From: Bacilli bacterium
GTDB taxonomy: Bacteria > Bacillota_I > Bacilli_A > RFN20 > CAG-826
Reading direction: 5' to 3'
NCBI GenBank assembly: GCA_017542885.1
Contig: JAFXWH010000101.1
Location: 1-40,469, forward strand
Length of the DNA stretch: 40,469 nt
Below, in pieces: positions 27,169 through 35,144 of this stretch (its first letter is position 1; each line of letters starts with the position of its first letter). Position numbers and translations under genes: made by a program. Under the pieces are notes generated by a model, which worked only from the letters and a program-made list of their open reading frames with translations, searched no databases and was not told the DNA's origin.

Positions 27169-27843
27169 ATGAAAAAGAAATCCAATTTGCTGTTATTGCT
27201 GCTTTTGCCTTTATTGACTTCGTGTCCGCCGAGTCATGATGGCCCTCTTTTCGATGTAGAAGAGTTTCCTCATTACACCAAAATGCTTTCGTTTGATTTG
27301 GCCGATGGACTTGATCTGACGCTTTCTTATGGTCTCTATAACAAATCATTGGGTTATAGAGGCAACGCAACTTTCGATAAATACATGTTCCTCGTCGCAA
27401 ACGCCAAGGACCCATATCAATCATCAGTGAAGTATGAACGCATCTATGAGGTCCCAACGCCTAATTCCCAGCACTATTGGAGAGAGCCGAGCAACGGAAA
27501 TGGATACACCTATGCCTCAGAGGTCAAAATACATATAGACTCCAAATACTTCAATAGTAATAACGATGTTTTTACGGTTGTTTTGACACAGGTAGAGGGA
27601 TACACCCCCGAGAAAAATTTCTATGACAGCGAATTTCTTTTCTGTTCTAGGGGATCAATTGAATATCAGCCTTTCTACTATTACATTGCCGAAGACCAAA
27701 CCGTCTATGTCTCGACCTACCGTGAAAGACTTCCAAACTATTCCGCTCCAGAAGAGTCCTCTATAGAATCACAAGCTTTTTCTAGCGAGGAAGAACTCCT
27801 TTCTACCGAGGAGTCTTTAGAGTCAAGTGAGGCAGTGGCGTGA
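27169..27843 (+). CDS. tandem lipoprotein array 1, copy 1
   Basis: MKKKSNLLLLLLLPLLTSCPP; shared motifs DGLDLT, YMFL, EDQTV; acidic tail. Confidence 0.8.
   Translation: MKKKSNLLLLLLLPLLTSCPPSHDGPLFDVEEFPHYTKMLSFDLADGLDLTLSYGLYNKSLGYRGNATFDKYMFLVANAKDPYQSSVKYERIYEVPTPNSQHYWREPSNGNGYTYASEVKIHIDSKYFNSNNDVFTVVLTQVEGYTPEKNFYDSEFLFCSRGSIEYQPFYYYIAEDQTVYVSTYRERLPNYSAPEESSIESQAFSSEEELLSTEESLESSEAVA
27788..27837 (+). repeat. direct repeat unit A at array 1 gene junction
   Basis: GAGGAAGAACTCCTTTCTACCGAGGAGTCTTTAGAGTCAAGTGAGGCAG closely matches 28431-28479. Confidence 0.8.
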
Positions 27844-28430
27844 AAAAGAAATCGAGCCTTCTATTATTGCTGCTTCTGCCTTTACTGACCTCTTGTCCAC
27901 CGATGATGCGTCCTGAGGGTCCTCTTTTCAGGGTGAAAAGTTTTAATAGCGCAGATACGATTCAGTTCAATCTGAATGACGGAGTCGATTTGACTGTTCC
28001 TTTTGGTGTCTACAACAAGGAGGCCGGAGAATATAGCGCGACTGAGGCTGAACATTATATGTTCTTGGTCTCAAATGGCGGATATGAGGTTTCGAACAAT
28101 GATCGAGAGTGGCAATGTGTCCATAGAGTCGAGTGGCCTAATAGCGAATACTATTGGAAGGGAACCAGATATAGCAAAGAGGCCCTAATCCATTTAGAGC
28201 CTAAGTATTTCGATATAGAGAATGATGCCATCACAATCCTTTTGACGACCCCTTACATCGCGAATTACGAGCCTGAGAAGGGAACATATTTAACAAAAGA
28301 GCTTAACCGTTCATGGGATACGACAAATTGGAACACGCTTTATTACCGCGTTGACGAAGACCAAACCGTCACTTTGGCCACGAAGCGCAAAAAGCTTAAA
28401 AGCTCTTCTTCTGCAGAAGCTTCCTCTTAG
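27840..28430 (+). CDS. tandem lipoprotein array 1, copy 2
   Basis: GTG start in GTGA overlap; MKKKSSLLLLLLLPLLTSCPP; DGVDLT, YMFL, YSKEA, EDQTV. Confidence 0.8.
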   Translation: MKKKSSLLLLLLLPLLTSCPPMMRPEGPLFRVKSFNSADTIQFNLNDGVDLTVPFGVYNKEAGEYSATEAEHYMFLVSNGGYEVSNNDREWQCVHRVEWPNSEYYWKGTRYSKEALIHLEPKYFDIENDAITILLTTPYIANYEPEKGTYLTKELNRSWDTTNWNTLYYRVDEDQTVTLATKRKKLKSSSSAEASS

Positions 28431-28479
28431 GAGGAAGAAGCCCTTTCGACCGAGGAGTTTATAGAATCAAGCGAGGTAG
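28431..28479 (+). repeat. direct repeat unit B at array 1 gene junction
   Basis: GAGGAAGAAGCCCTTTCGACCGAGGAGTTTATAGAATCAAGCGAGGTAG, homologous to the coding tail of copy 1. Confidence 0.8.
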
Positions 28480-28483
28480 AGAT

Positions 28484-29053
28484 ATGAAAAAGAAATCCAG
28501 ACTCCTTTTGCTGGCGTTTTTGCCTTTGTTGACCTCTTGTCCGCCCAGTGACGATTCGCCTCGTTTCACGATAAAAGATCTAGAAGATACGAATGAGGTT
28601 CGCTTTGAACTCGATGATGGTGTCGATTTGACCGCTTATTTCGGCCTCTATGACAGAAGCGAGGTGTTTGGTGACCACCGTTTGAATGAAAAGTACATGT
28701 TCCTCGCCAAAAACGAAGTCGGTGATTACTATGAGCGAATTTACACGATCACCGATCGCAATAAGGATTGTTTTTATGAATACAAAAAAGGGGACGACGG
28801 CTGGTATAAATACTTCTATAGCAAAGAGGCAAAACTGCATCTCGACTCCAGGTTTTTCATTCCGGGAAGCGGTTCTATCAGGATTCTTCTAGTGTACTCG
28901 CTAGATCGCGATTCCGATGAAGACTTTTACTCCAAAGGTGAGTTCAGCTATCCGCCGGGTTACTTCGATATCTATTATTGGATCGACGAAGATAAAACCG
29001 TAAATCTGGTCAACTCCGCTGACCTCCTTCCAGGATGGTCCAAGGCTTCTTGA
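28484..29053 (+). CDS. tandem lipoprotein array 1, copy 3
   Basis: MKKKSRLLLLAFLPLLTSCPP; DGVDLT, YMFL, YSKEA, EDKTV. Confidence 0.8.
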   Translation: MKKKSRLLLLAFLPLLTSCPPSDDSPRFTIKDLEDTNEVRFELDDGVDLTAYFGLYDRSEVFGDHRLNEKYMFLAKNEVGDYYERIYTITDRNKDCFYEYKKGDDGWYKYFYSKEAKLHLDSRFFIPGSGSIRILLVYSLDRDSDEDFYSKGEFSYPPGYFDIYYWIDEDKTVNLVNSADLLPGWSKAS

Positions 29054-29106
29054 GAAGATGAAAAACAAATAGGATATTAAGATATCCTGTGTTAGAGTAA
29101 TCGCAT

Positions 29107-29200
29107 GGAATTCTCTAGGGTCAAATCACTTATGAACTGCTCAGGAGAATCCTCTAGGAACATATAAAACCTAAGAGCCCCTTTCAGCGGGGCTTTTTCT
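29107..29200 (+). ncRNA. candidate riboswitch/attenuator upstream of guanine deaminase (divergent ykkC-like)
   Basis: ATTCTC/GAGAAT helix enclosing TAGGGT..ACTGCTCAG; CTCTAGG/CCTAAGAG hairpin with ATAAAA loop overlapping a terminator. Confidence 0.5.
29173..29200 (+). terminator. leader terminator (attenuator) just before guaD SD
   Basis: AAGAGCCCC-TTTCAGC-GGGGCTTTTTCT, ending 17 nt before the ATG. Confidence 0.75.
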
Positions 29201-29217
29201 GTCAGAAAGGAGAGAGA

Positions 29218-30486
29218 ATGGAATACATCGTCAAAGGCGATATCGCCTATAACAAAAGCCTGAACGAATTCGTAAGCATCCATAACGGCTATCTCTATGT
29301 CAAAGATGGCAAGATCGTTAAAGCCATGAAATCCCTCCCTGAAGAGCTTAAGAAAAAGAAACTCATCGATTACACTGGCAAGCTCATCCTCCCAGGTATG
29401 GCCGATCTCCATCTCCATGCCTCCCAGTTCGCCTATAAAGGCACCCTCATGGACGTCACCCTTCTTGAGTGGCTCGACAAATACACTTTTCCTAGGGAAG
29501 CGGCCTTCAAAGACGAGAAACACGCCAAAAAGGCCTACAAAGTCTTCGTCGATTGCCTGAAGAAGAGTTTCACCACCAAAGCGGTCATCTTCGCGACCAT
29601 CCATCTTGAAGGAACATACATACTCTGCGAACTCCTTGAGAAAGCGGGTATCGACGCCTATGTCGGCATCGTCGACATGGATAGGAATTGCCCTGATTAC
29701 ATTTCCCAGACCGTCGAAGGAGCGAGAAAAGACAACATCGAGCTCATCAAACGCTTAAAAGACTTCAAGCACGTCAAACCGTGCATCACCCCAAGATTCA
29801 CCGTCAGCTGCACCGATCCGATGATGAAGATGCTAGGGGAAGTGAGGAAAGAATATGGTGTCGCATCCCAATCTCATCTTGATGAGAATCTTGAAGAGAT
29901 CGCCTTCGTAAAAGAACTTTGTCCGGATGCGAAATCATACACGGACACCTACGACAGAGTGGGCCTTCTCGACCATTCCGTCATGGCGCATTGCATCTAC
30001 GTCACCGAAGAGGAGATGAAGACCCTCAAAGAGAAAGACGTCTATCTCGTCCATTGCCCAGAGAGCAACACCAACGTCACCACAGGCAGAATCATGCCAG
30101 TGAGGAAATATCTCGACAACGGCATGCATGTCGGCATCGGCTCAGACGTGGCAGGGGGAAGTACCCTCAATCTCTTCGCCAATCTCAAACTCGCCATCCA
30201 GCTCTCCAAGGTCATCAACCACGGAGGAAGGAATAACTACAAACCTCTTAATGCCAAGGAAGCCCTCTATATCGGCACGCTCGGTGGAGCCTCATATTTC
30301 GGCAAAGCCGGTTCCTTCATGGAAGGGTATGACGCCGACATCCTCGTCATCGATGACGTCAATGGCGACCCATCCAGCATGAAGTTCGGAATCGAGGACA
30401 GGCTTGAGAGATTGATGTACAATGCAAACGAAAGCTTCTTAGTAGCGAAATACATTGATGGCCGCAAGGTCTATGAAAGGAAATAA
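29218..30486 (+). CDS. guaD: guanine deaminase (amidohydrolase superfamily)
   Basis: PGMADLHLHASQ, LLEWLDKYTFPRE, ITPRF, SHLDEN, AHC, HCPESN, GSDVAGG. Confidence 0.9.
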   Translation: MEYIVKGDIAYNKSLNEFVSIHNGYLYVKDGKIVKAMKSLPEELKKKKLIDYTGKLILPGMADLHLHASQFAYKGTLMDVTLLEWLDKYTFPREAAFKDEKHAKKAYKVFVDCLKKSFTTKAVIFATIHLEGTYILCELLEKAGIDAYVGIVDMDRNCPDYISQTVEGARKDNIELIKRLKDFKHVKPCITPRFTVSCTDPMMKMLGEVRKEYGVASQSHLDENLEEIAFVKELCPDAKSYTDTYDRVGLLDHSVMAHCIYVTEEEMKTLKEKDVYLVHCPESNTNVTTGRIMPVRKYLDNGMHVGIGSDVAGGSTLNLFANLKLAIQLSKVINHGGRNNYKPLNAKEALYIGTLGGASYFGKAGSFMEGYDADILVIDDVNGDPSSMKFGIEDRLERLMYNANESFLVAKYIDGRKVYERK

Positions 30487-30490
30487 CAAC

Positions 30491-30784
30491 ATGAAAAACG
30501 GAAAACTTGTCATCTACAGCTTGATCTTAGTCTTATGCACCCTCATAAGACTCTGGCTCTTACCAAGCGCGATCACCCTCATCCCAGCGGTTGGTGGCAC
30601 CCTTAACTACGCCTTCGAGCCTCTCATCTTCGTTGGAGCGTTCTATCTCTCCTCAACCTGGTCCAAAAAGAAAGAGGACCTCGTCACCAGAGGTTTCTGG
30701 TACCTTCTTGCCTACGCCCTCATCGCCGCGGTTCTTGTCGGGCTTTTCTTCCTCATCACCGCGATCATGGGTCTATTCAAATAA
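30491..30784 (+). CDS. small 3-TM membrane protein
   Basis: ATG 4 nt after guaD stop; three hydrophobic segments. Confidence 0.7.
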   Translation: MKNGKLVIYSLILVLCTLIRLWLLPSAITLIPAVGGTLNYAFEPLIFVGAFYLSSTWSKKKEDLVTRGFWYLLAYALIAAVLVGLFFLITAIMGLFK

Positions 30785-30850
30785 ACCAACGGTCTTTTAT
30801 TCTTTTGAATAATCTAGTATTCTTTTCGAGAACGTTTTAGGAGAACTTTC

Positions 30851-31723
30851 ATGAAAATTGCAATCACAACCGAGACAACCTGTGACTTATCGCAGGATCT
30901 CCTCAAGAAATATAACATCATCACCATCCCATTCACCGTCACCCTTGGTGAGAGAAGTGAACCAGATGGCATCATCACCGGCAAAGACCTCATCGACTAC
31001 ACGATGAAGACCGGCCAGTTAGGAAGAACGAGTGCCGTCAACGAGATGGAATACACCGAATTCTTCACCTCAGTCCTTAAGGACTATGACGAGCAGATCC
31101 ATATCTGCCTTAGCTCTGGCATCTCCTGCGCCTATAACAACGCGGTGAACGCTTCCGAAGCCTTTGGTGGCAAAGTCCACGTCATCGATAGCCGCTCCCT
31201 TTCCACAGGCGTCGCTCTCGAGTGCATCTACGCTGCCAAGCTCGTTGAGGCTGGCAAATCCCCAGAAGAGATCGTCAAGCTCGTTGAGGAGCGTATCCCA
31301 AACAACCAGACTTCCTTCTGCTTCGAGACCGTCGAATTTCTCTACAAAGGTGGAAGATGCTCCGCCATGGCAAGATTCGGTGCCAACCTCCTTCACCTTC
31401 GCCCACAGATCTTAATGAAGACCGACACCGGCAAGATGGAAAGCGGCAAGAAGTTCCGCGGTCCAGTCAAGAAGTGGTGCCCAGACTACGTCGAAGAGAC
31501 CCTCAAGACCTTCAATAACCCAGACAAAGAGATCGTCTTCATCACCCACACCATCTATGGCGAAGAGGATCACAAAATCGTCGCTTGGGTCAAAGAAAGA
31601 CTTGAGAGAGAAGGCTTCAAGCACGTTTATGAGACCTATGCAGGCGCGACAATCTCTTGCCATTGCGGTCCAAACACCCTCGGAATCCTCTATCTCAACG
31701 ACGGCGAGCACCCAATCGCTTAA
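30851..31723 (+). CDS. DegV/FakB family fatty acid-binding protein
   Basis: KIAITTETTCDL, TSA, LSSGIS, VIDSRSLS, LYKGGR, ISCHCGPNTLG. Confidence 0.92.
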   Translation: MKIAITTETTCDLSQDLLKKYNIITIPFTVTLGERSEPDGIITGKDLIDYTMKTGQLGRTSAVNEMEYTEFFTSVLKDYDEQIHICLSSGISCAYNNAVNASEAFGGKVHVIDSRSLSTGVALECIYAAKLVEAGKSPEEIVKLVEERIPNNQTSFCFETVEFLYKGGRCSAMARFGANLLHLRPQILMKTDTGKMESGKKFRGPVKKWCPDYVEETLKTFNNPDKEIVFITHTIYGEEDHKIVAWVKERLEREGFKHVYETYAGATISCHCGPNTLGILYLNDGEHPIA

Positions 31724-31739
31724 TTGAACAAAATGAACT

Positions 31740-31768
31740 AAGTCGGCAATAGCCGACTTTTTCTTTTA
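31740..31768 (+). terminator. intrinsic terminator
   Basis: AAGTCGGC-AATA-GCCGACTT-TTTCTTTT. Confidence 0.85.
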
Positions 31769-31843
31769 CAAATTAGTTCCTAAGGGTCTAGATTTAGGAA
31801 TGCCAAAAGTAGTATGTTTATTGTGAATCAGGGGAGCGCAACC

Positions 31844-32647
31844 ATGAAAAAGAAATACGCGATACTGCCGTTATTAGCCATGACCGTCCTTTCTTCTTGT
31901 CAACAATCTTATGGCGAAGAGGTCACGGACAAAGCAAGAGTGATTGAGCTTGAAAAGGCCATATCCGATAAAATGAACGAACCTAAGGGATTTGAGGTCC
32001 ACGTCAAAGCCTCCATGTCCGATGACAGGGGCGAAGGAAATAAAAACGCTTATTCTTGGGATCTTATTTACCGCGGCGACAAGAAAGACAACATGTATCT
32101 CGCAGGGACAGTCGAGATTGAGGTTGCGGGCGATAAGGCAAAATACAAATACGCAATGTATATGGTGGAAGACCCAACATACGAGAAAGTTTGTTACATT
32201 GAAATGGGTAGCCCGGACACCGCCGCCAAAGACATAGATGTCTATGCAGTGAGAAGCGATGGTTATTCTTCGGAAGGTGGCCTCCCTGGAATCCTGGCAT
32301 ATCCGATAGCGCTTTATGAGGAAGTCCGCGACCCTTACTATATCGATCAAGCGCTCATTGAATACACCGACGCCTCTCCGGCGAAGTATTACTCCAAAGG
32401 CGATGGCAGCCTCACCATTGAGAGGTCCAGCGTCGAAGAGTGGAATGGAACTCGTACAAGCCATACCCGCATGACATACGAAAACTATCTCCTTAAAGGT
32501 GCCGTATATGAGAGCGAAACTACCGATGAAACACGCAAAAGCTCCGAGAAATTCGAGCTCACCTACAAGACGCTATTTAATTACACGGTCACCCTTCCTT
32601 CTGGTTGGGAAAGCCTAATCCGAGAACCAAGAGGCACTTATTATTAA
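31844..32647 (+). CDS. tandem lipoprotein array 2, copy 1
   Basis: GGGGAG SD, MKKK..LSSC, KYYSKGDGSLT, TLPSGWESLI. Confidence 0.8.
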   Translation: MKKKYAILPLLAMTVLSSCQQSYGEEVTDKARVIELEKAISDKMNEPKGFEVHVKASMSDDRGEGNKNAYSWDLIYRGDKKDNMYLAGTVEIEVAGDKAKYKYAMYMVEDPTYEKVCYIEMGSPDTAAKDIDVYAVRSDGYSSEGGLPGILAYPIALYEEVRDPYYIDQALIEYTDASPAKYYSKGDGSLTIERSSVEEWNGTRTSHTRMTYENYLLKGAVYESETTDETRKSSEKFELTYKTLFNYTVTLPSGWESLIREPRGTYY

Positions 32648-32674
32648 GCCGGGCACTAGCCTGGCTTTTTCTTT
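32646..32674 (+). terminator. intrinsic terminator
   Basis: AAGCCGGGC-ACTA-GCCTGGCTT-TTT. Confidence 0.8.
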
Positions 32675-32718
32675 AAAAAAGAAAAGAGAGAAATCACTCG
32701 CTACAAAAAATAGCAAAA

Positions 32719-32731
32719 TGCAAGCGCTTCA
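32719..32731. promoter_or_regulatory. LacI/CcpA (cre)-like operator
   Basis: TGCAAGCGCTTCA with palindromic core AAGCGCTT upstream of array 2 copy 2. Confidence 0.4.
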
Positions 32732-32787
32732 CTGGATTTCTTTCGAGTTAAGCGGTAAATTGTAAGCAAAGGAAGGAAATATACCTA

Positions 32788-33597
32788 ATGAAAAAGAAGT
32801 TTTCTTTATTAGTCCTATTGCCCGCATTCATGCTTTCATCCTGCGGCGACGGTGCTGAAATCACCGACTCTGCCAAGTTGAAAGAGACCAAAGACGCCAT
32901 CTCTGCCAAAACCAAAGACATCAAGAACTATGAGATGACCATGAAGAGCAGCGCCACCTCCTATGACGATTCCGAGAAGAAGAACGTCACCACGGAAAGC
33001 GAAATGCTCTTCCGCGCCAACGCCAATGAGGAGATGTACCTCAAGACCGTCTCCAAAGAGGGAGATCAGAAAGAAGAGAGCACAATCTATCTCGTCAAAG
33101 ATGCCAAGTATAAGCAGGTCCTCTATCTCGATATGTATGATGAGGATACCAAGAAGAACGAGAAGACCGTCTACGGCTATGAAGGCAATGAGCTTACCTT
33201 CAGCATGTCGGCCCTCTATCTCCTTGCTCCAACCCTCTACACCTCGATGTTCCTTGATCCGAACACCATCAGCGCCGAGGATTTGCTTGAGGAGACCGCC
33301 GAGGATAGTGAAGCCGAGTACACCGTCGAATCCAAGTACTATTCCAAAGGCGATGGCAACCTCACTTTGAAGATCAGCGCCAAAGCCAAAGAAGGTGCCA
33401 AGTCCGAAGACGAATACACCGTCAGTGAAAACTACACCGTTGTCTATGACAACTATTACTGGAAGAGCGCCGTCATTGAAGGCGAATCCAACAAAGGCAA
33501 CAAGAGCAAAGCCGAGATCACCTTCACCGTCAAGGATGAGGTCAAGATCGAACTCCCAAGCGGTTGGGAAAGCTTAATCAACAAAGAAGCGGCCTAA
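32788..33597 (+). CDS. tandem lipoprotein array 2, copy 2
   Basis: MKKK..LSSC, KYYSKGDGNLT, ELPSGWESLI. Confidence 0.85.
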   Translation: MKKKFSLLVLLPAFMLSSCGDGAEITDSAKLKETKDAISAKTKDIKNYEMTMKSSATSYDDSEKKNVTTESEMLFRANANEEMYLKTVSKEGDQKEESTIYLVKDAKYKQVLYLDMYDEDTKKNEKTVYGYEGNELTFSMSALYLLAPTLYTSMFLDPNTISAEDLLEETAEDSEAEYTVESKYYSKGDGNLTLKISAKAKEGAKSEDEYTVSENYTVVYDNYYWKSAVIEGESNKGNKSKAEITFTVKDEVKIELPSGWESLINKEAA

Positions 33598-33611
33598 TCA
33601 CCCTTCAATCT

Positions 33612-33636
33612 AGCCGGGCTAACCCCCGGCTTTTTC
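33612..33636 (+). terminator. intrinsic terminator
   Basis: AGCCGGG-CTAACC-CCCGGCT-TTTT. Confidence 0.8.
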
Positions 33637-33719
33637 ATTATTCCCTGCAAATCCTTCTCCAAAGGGCTGGATTTTGCCTCCTCAAAAAGAGTATCTTAGA
33701 TAAGTCGAGGAAAAACAGA

Positions 33720-34496
33720 ATGAAAAAACAGAAGATATTATTTGGCTTAGCCTCCCTTACGCTTCTTACTTCTTGCGGGCCTCAGGAGATCACCGATTTG
33801 TCCAAACTCGCCGATATCAAACATGAGATAACCAACAAGAGAGCGGAAATCAAAAACTACGAGATGGTGGGATATGTCAAGCAAACCGAAGTCTCCAAGA
33901 AGACGAGGGAGAAAAAAAACGTCAACGGCGAATTGCTCTATCGCGTCAACCAAGATGGGGAGATGCAGTTTTATGTGACCCAAGACGGAATGGGACAAGA
34001 CAATAGATATCTCGTCAAAGACAAAACCTACGAGAAACTGATCTATTGCGATTCCTACACTTTCTTCAATGGTCAGATCACCGTCATCGACTATAAGGAA
34101 CATCAAAGCACTTTCGAGACGTATTACAATGAGCTTTTCGCGATGAATACTTCCTTTATAGAAGCTCTCACGGACGCAAACACGATCATGACCTTCGCCA
34201 ACGCTCTCCGCAGCGGCTTAGAGGAATTCGACAGCGAAACGAAATACTACTCAAGCAAAGAAGGCCAATTGACGATCAAGATCGATGATGCCTCGACCAA
34301 AGAAGGCGATGACACCAAAAACCATTTCGAGTTCAATTACGATGGCTACGTTTTCCAAGACGCGAAATTCACCCATGCGTATTCCAATGACGATTATGTG
34401 AGGAACTACGAATACTCCTTCATCTTCAAAGTGAGAGACAGCGTCAAAATCACTCTCCCAACTGGTTGGGAAAGCCACCTCATCAAGGACAATTAA
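33720..34496 (+). CDS. tandem lipoprotein array 2, copy 3
   Basis: GAGG SD, MKKQK..LTSC, KYYSSKEGQLT, TLPTGWESHLI; start 33720 preferred over 33564. Confidence 0.8.
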   Translation: MKKQKILFGLASLTLLTSCGPQEITDLSKLADIKHEITNKRAEIKNYEMVGYVKQTEVSKKTREKKNVNGELLYRVNQDGEMQFYVTQDGMGQDNRYLVKDKTYEKLIYCDSYTFFNGQITVIDYKEHQSTFETYYNELFAMNTSFIEALTDANTIMTFANALRSGLEEFDSETKYYSSKEGQLTIKIDDASTKEGDDTKNHFEFNYDGYVFQDAKFTHAYSNDDYVRNYEYSFIFKVRDSVKITLPTGWESHLIKDN

Positions 34497-34505
34497 GCAA
34501 AAGAG

Positions 34506-34533
34506 AAGCGGTGCGGGTCACCGCTTTTTCTTT
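34506..34533 (+). terminator. intrinsic terminator
   Basis: AAGCGGTG-CGGGT-CACCGCTT-TTTCTTT. Confidence 0.8.
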
Positions 34534-34539
34534 ATGCGC

Positions 34540-34650
34540 TTGCGTATACGCTTTAACTAGTGCATAATACTCGCGGTGGAAGACCCGCGGAAGCGGCTCC
34601 GCTAGCTCAATACATATCGAATTGAGTGGCCCATTAGGACCACTCTTTCT
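34540..34650 (+). promoter_or_regulatory. rimP-nusA operon promoter and leader attenuator hairpin
   Basis: TTGCGT, 17 nt, CATAAT; GAGTGG..CCACTC-TTTCT hairpin (34624-34650) of the kind found before Firmicute rimP. Confidence 0.7.
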
Positions 34651-34666
34651 AATTTTAGGAGGGCAA

Positions 34667-35128
34667 ATGGGATTACTTGATAAGGTGAAGGAGCTTCTTG
34701 AGCCGACCTTGGAGAAAGAAGGTTACGAGCTCATAGACGTTTCATTGAGCCGAAACAAAGAAGGCCTCACGCTCCATCTCGTGGTCGACCGCGACGCGCC
34801 GATCTCGCTTGATGACATCGTGAAGGTAAGCGACATCATCAATCCTCTTCTCGATAAAGAGGACCCCATCAACGAAGCGTACATGCTTGACGTCTCTAGC
34901 GCAGGCTCCGAGAAACCGCTTCGTCTAGAGAAACTCGCCAAATACGTCGGTGAGTTCGTCAATGTCCACCTAGTGAACCCTTATGAAGGGTATAACTTCC
35001 TCGAAGGCGACCTAAAGGAAGTCACTGAAGAAGAAATCAAACTCGAAATCAGAGTCAAAGGCCGCAAAAAGACGCTTCTGTTAGCGCGTTCAAACATCGA
35101 CAAAGCGCGCTTAGCCATAAAGTTCTAA
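34667..35128 (+). CDS. rimP: ribosome maturation factor RimP
   Basis: AGGAGG SD; ISLDD, LDKEDPI..YMLDVSSAGSEKPL, IDKARL; first gene of nusA operon. Confidence 0.93.
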   Translation: MGLLDKVKELLEPTLEKEGYELIDVSLSRNKEGLTLHLVVDRDAPISLDDIVKVSDIINPLLDKEDPINEAYMLDVSSAGSEKPLRLEKLAKYVGEFVNVHLVNPYEGYNFLEGDLKEVTEEEIKLEIRVKGRKKTLLLARSNIDKARLAIKF

Positions 35129-35144
35129 GAAAGGAAAGCAAAAC

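Noticed and set aside
28428-28430. Genome-wide TAG or TGA recoding
   Set aside because: TAG and TGA end conserved genes at their expected positions (infB, cysE, ylxR, ABC ATPase)
27788-28520. Junction repeats as CRISPR or IS ends
   Set aside because: Only two degenerate copies about 640 bp apart, derived from coding sequence; no cas or transposase genes
29107-29200. Canonical purine riboswitch before guaD
   Set aside because: The conserved TATAA..GATATGG..GTTTCTACC..CCGTAAA..GACTA core is absent
33564-33719. N-terminal extensions in the ORF track (also 13, 8131, 10297, 11148, 21977, 30455, 31814, 34622)
   Set aside because: They cross terminators, promoters or upstream genes; downstream starts fit SDs, signal peptides or homology better
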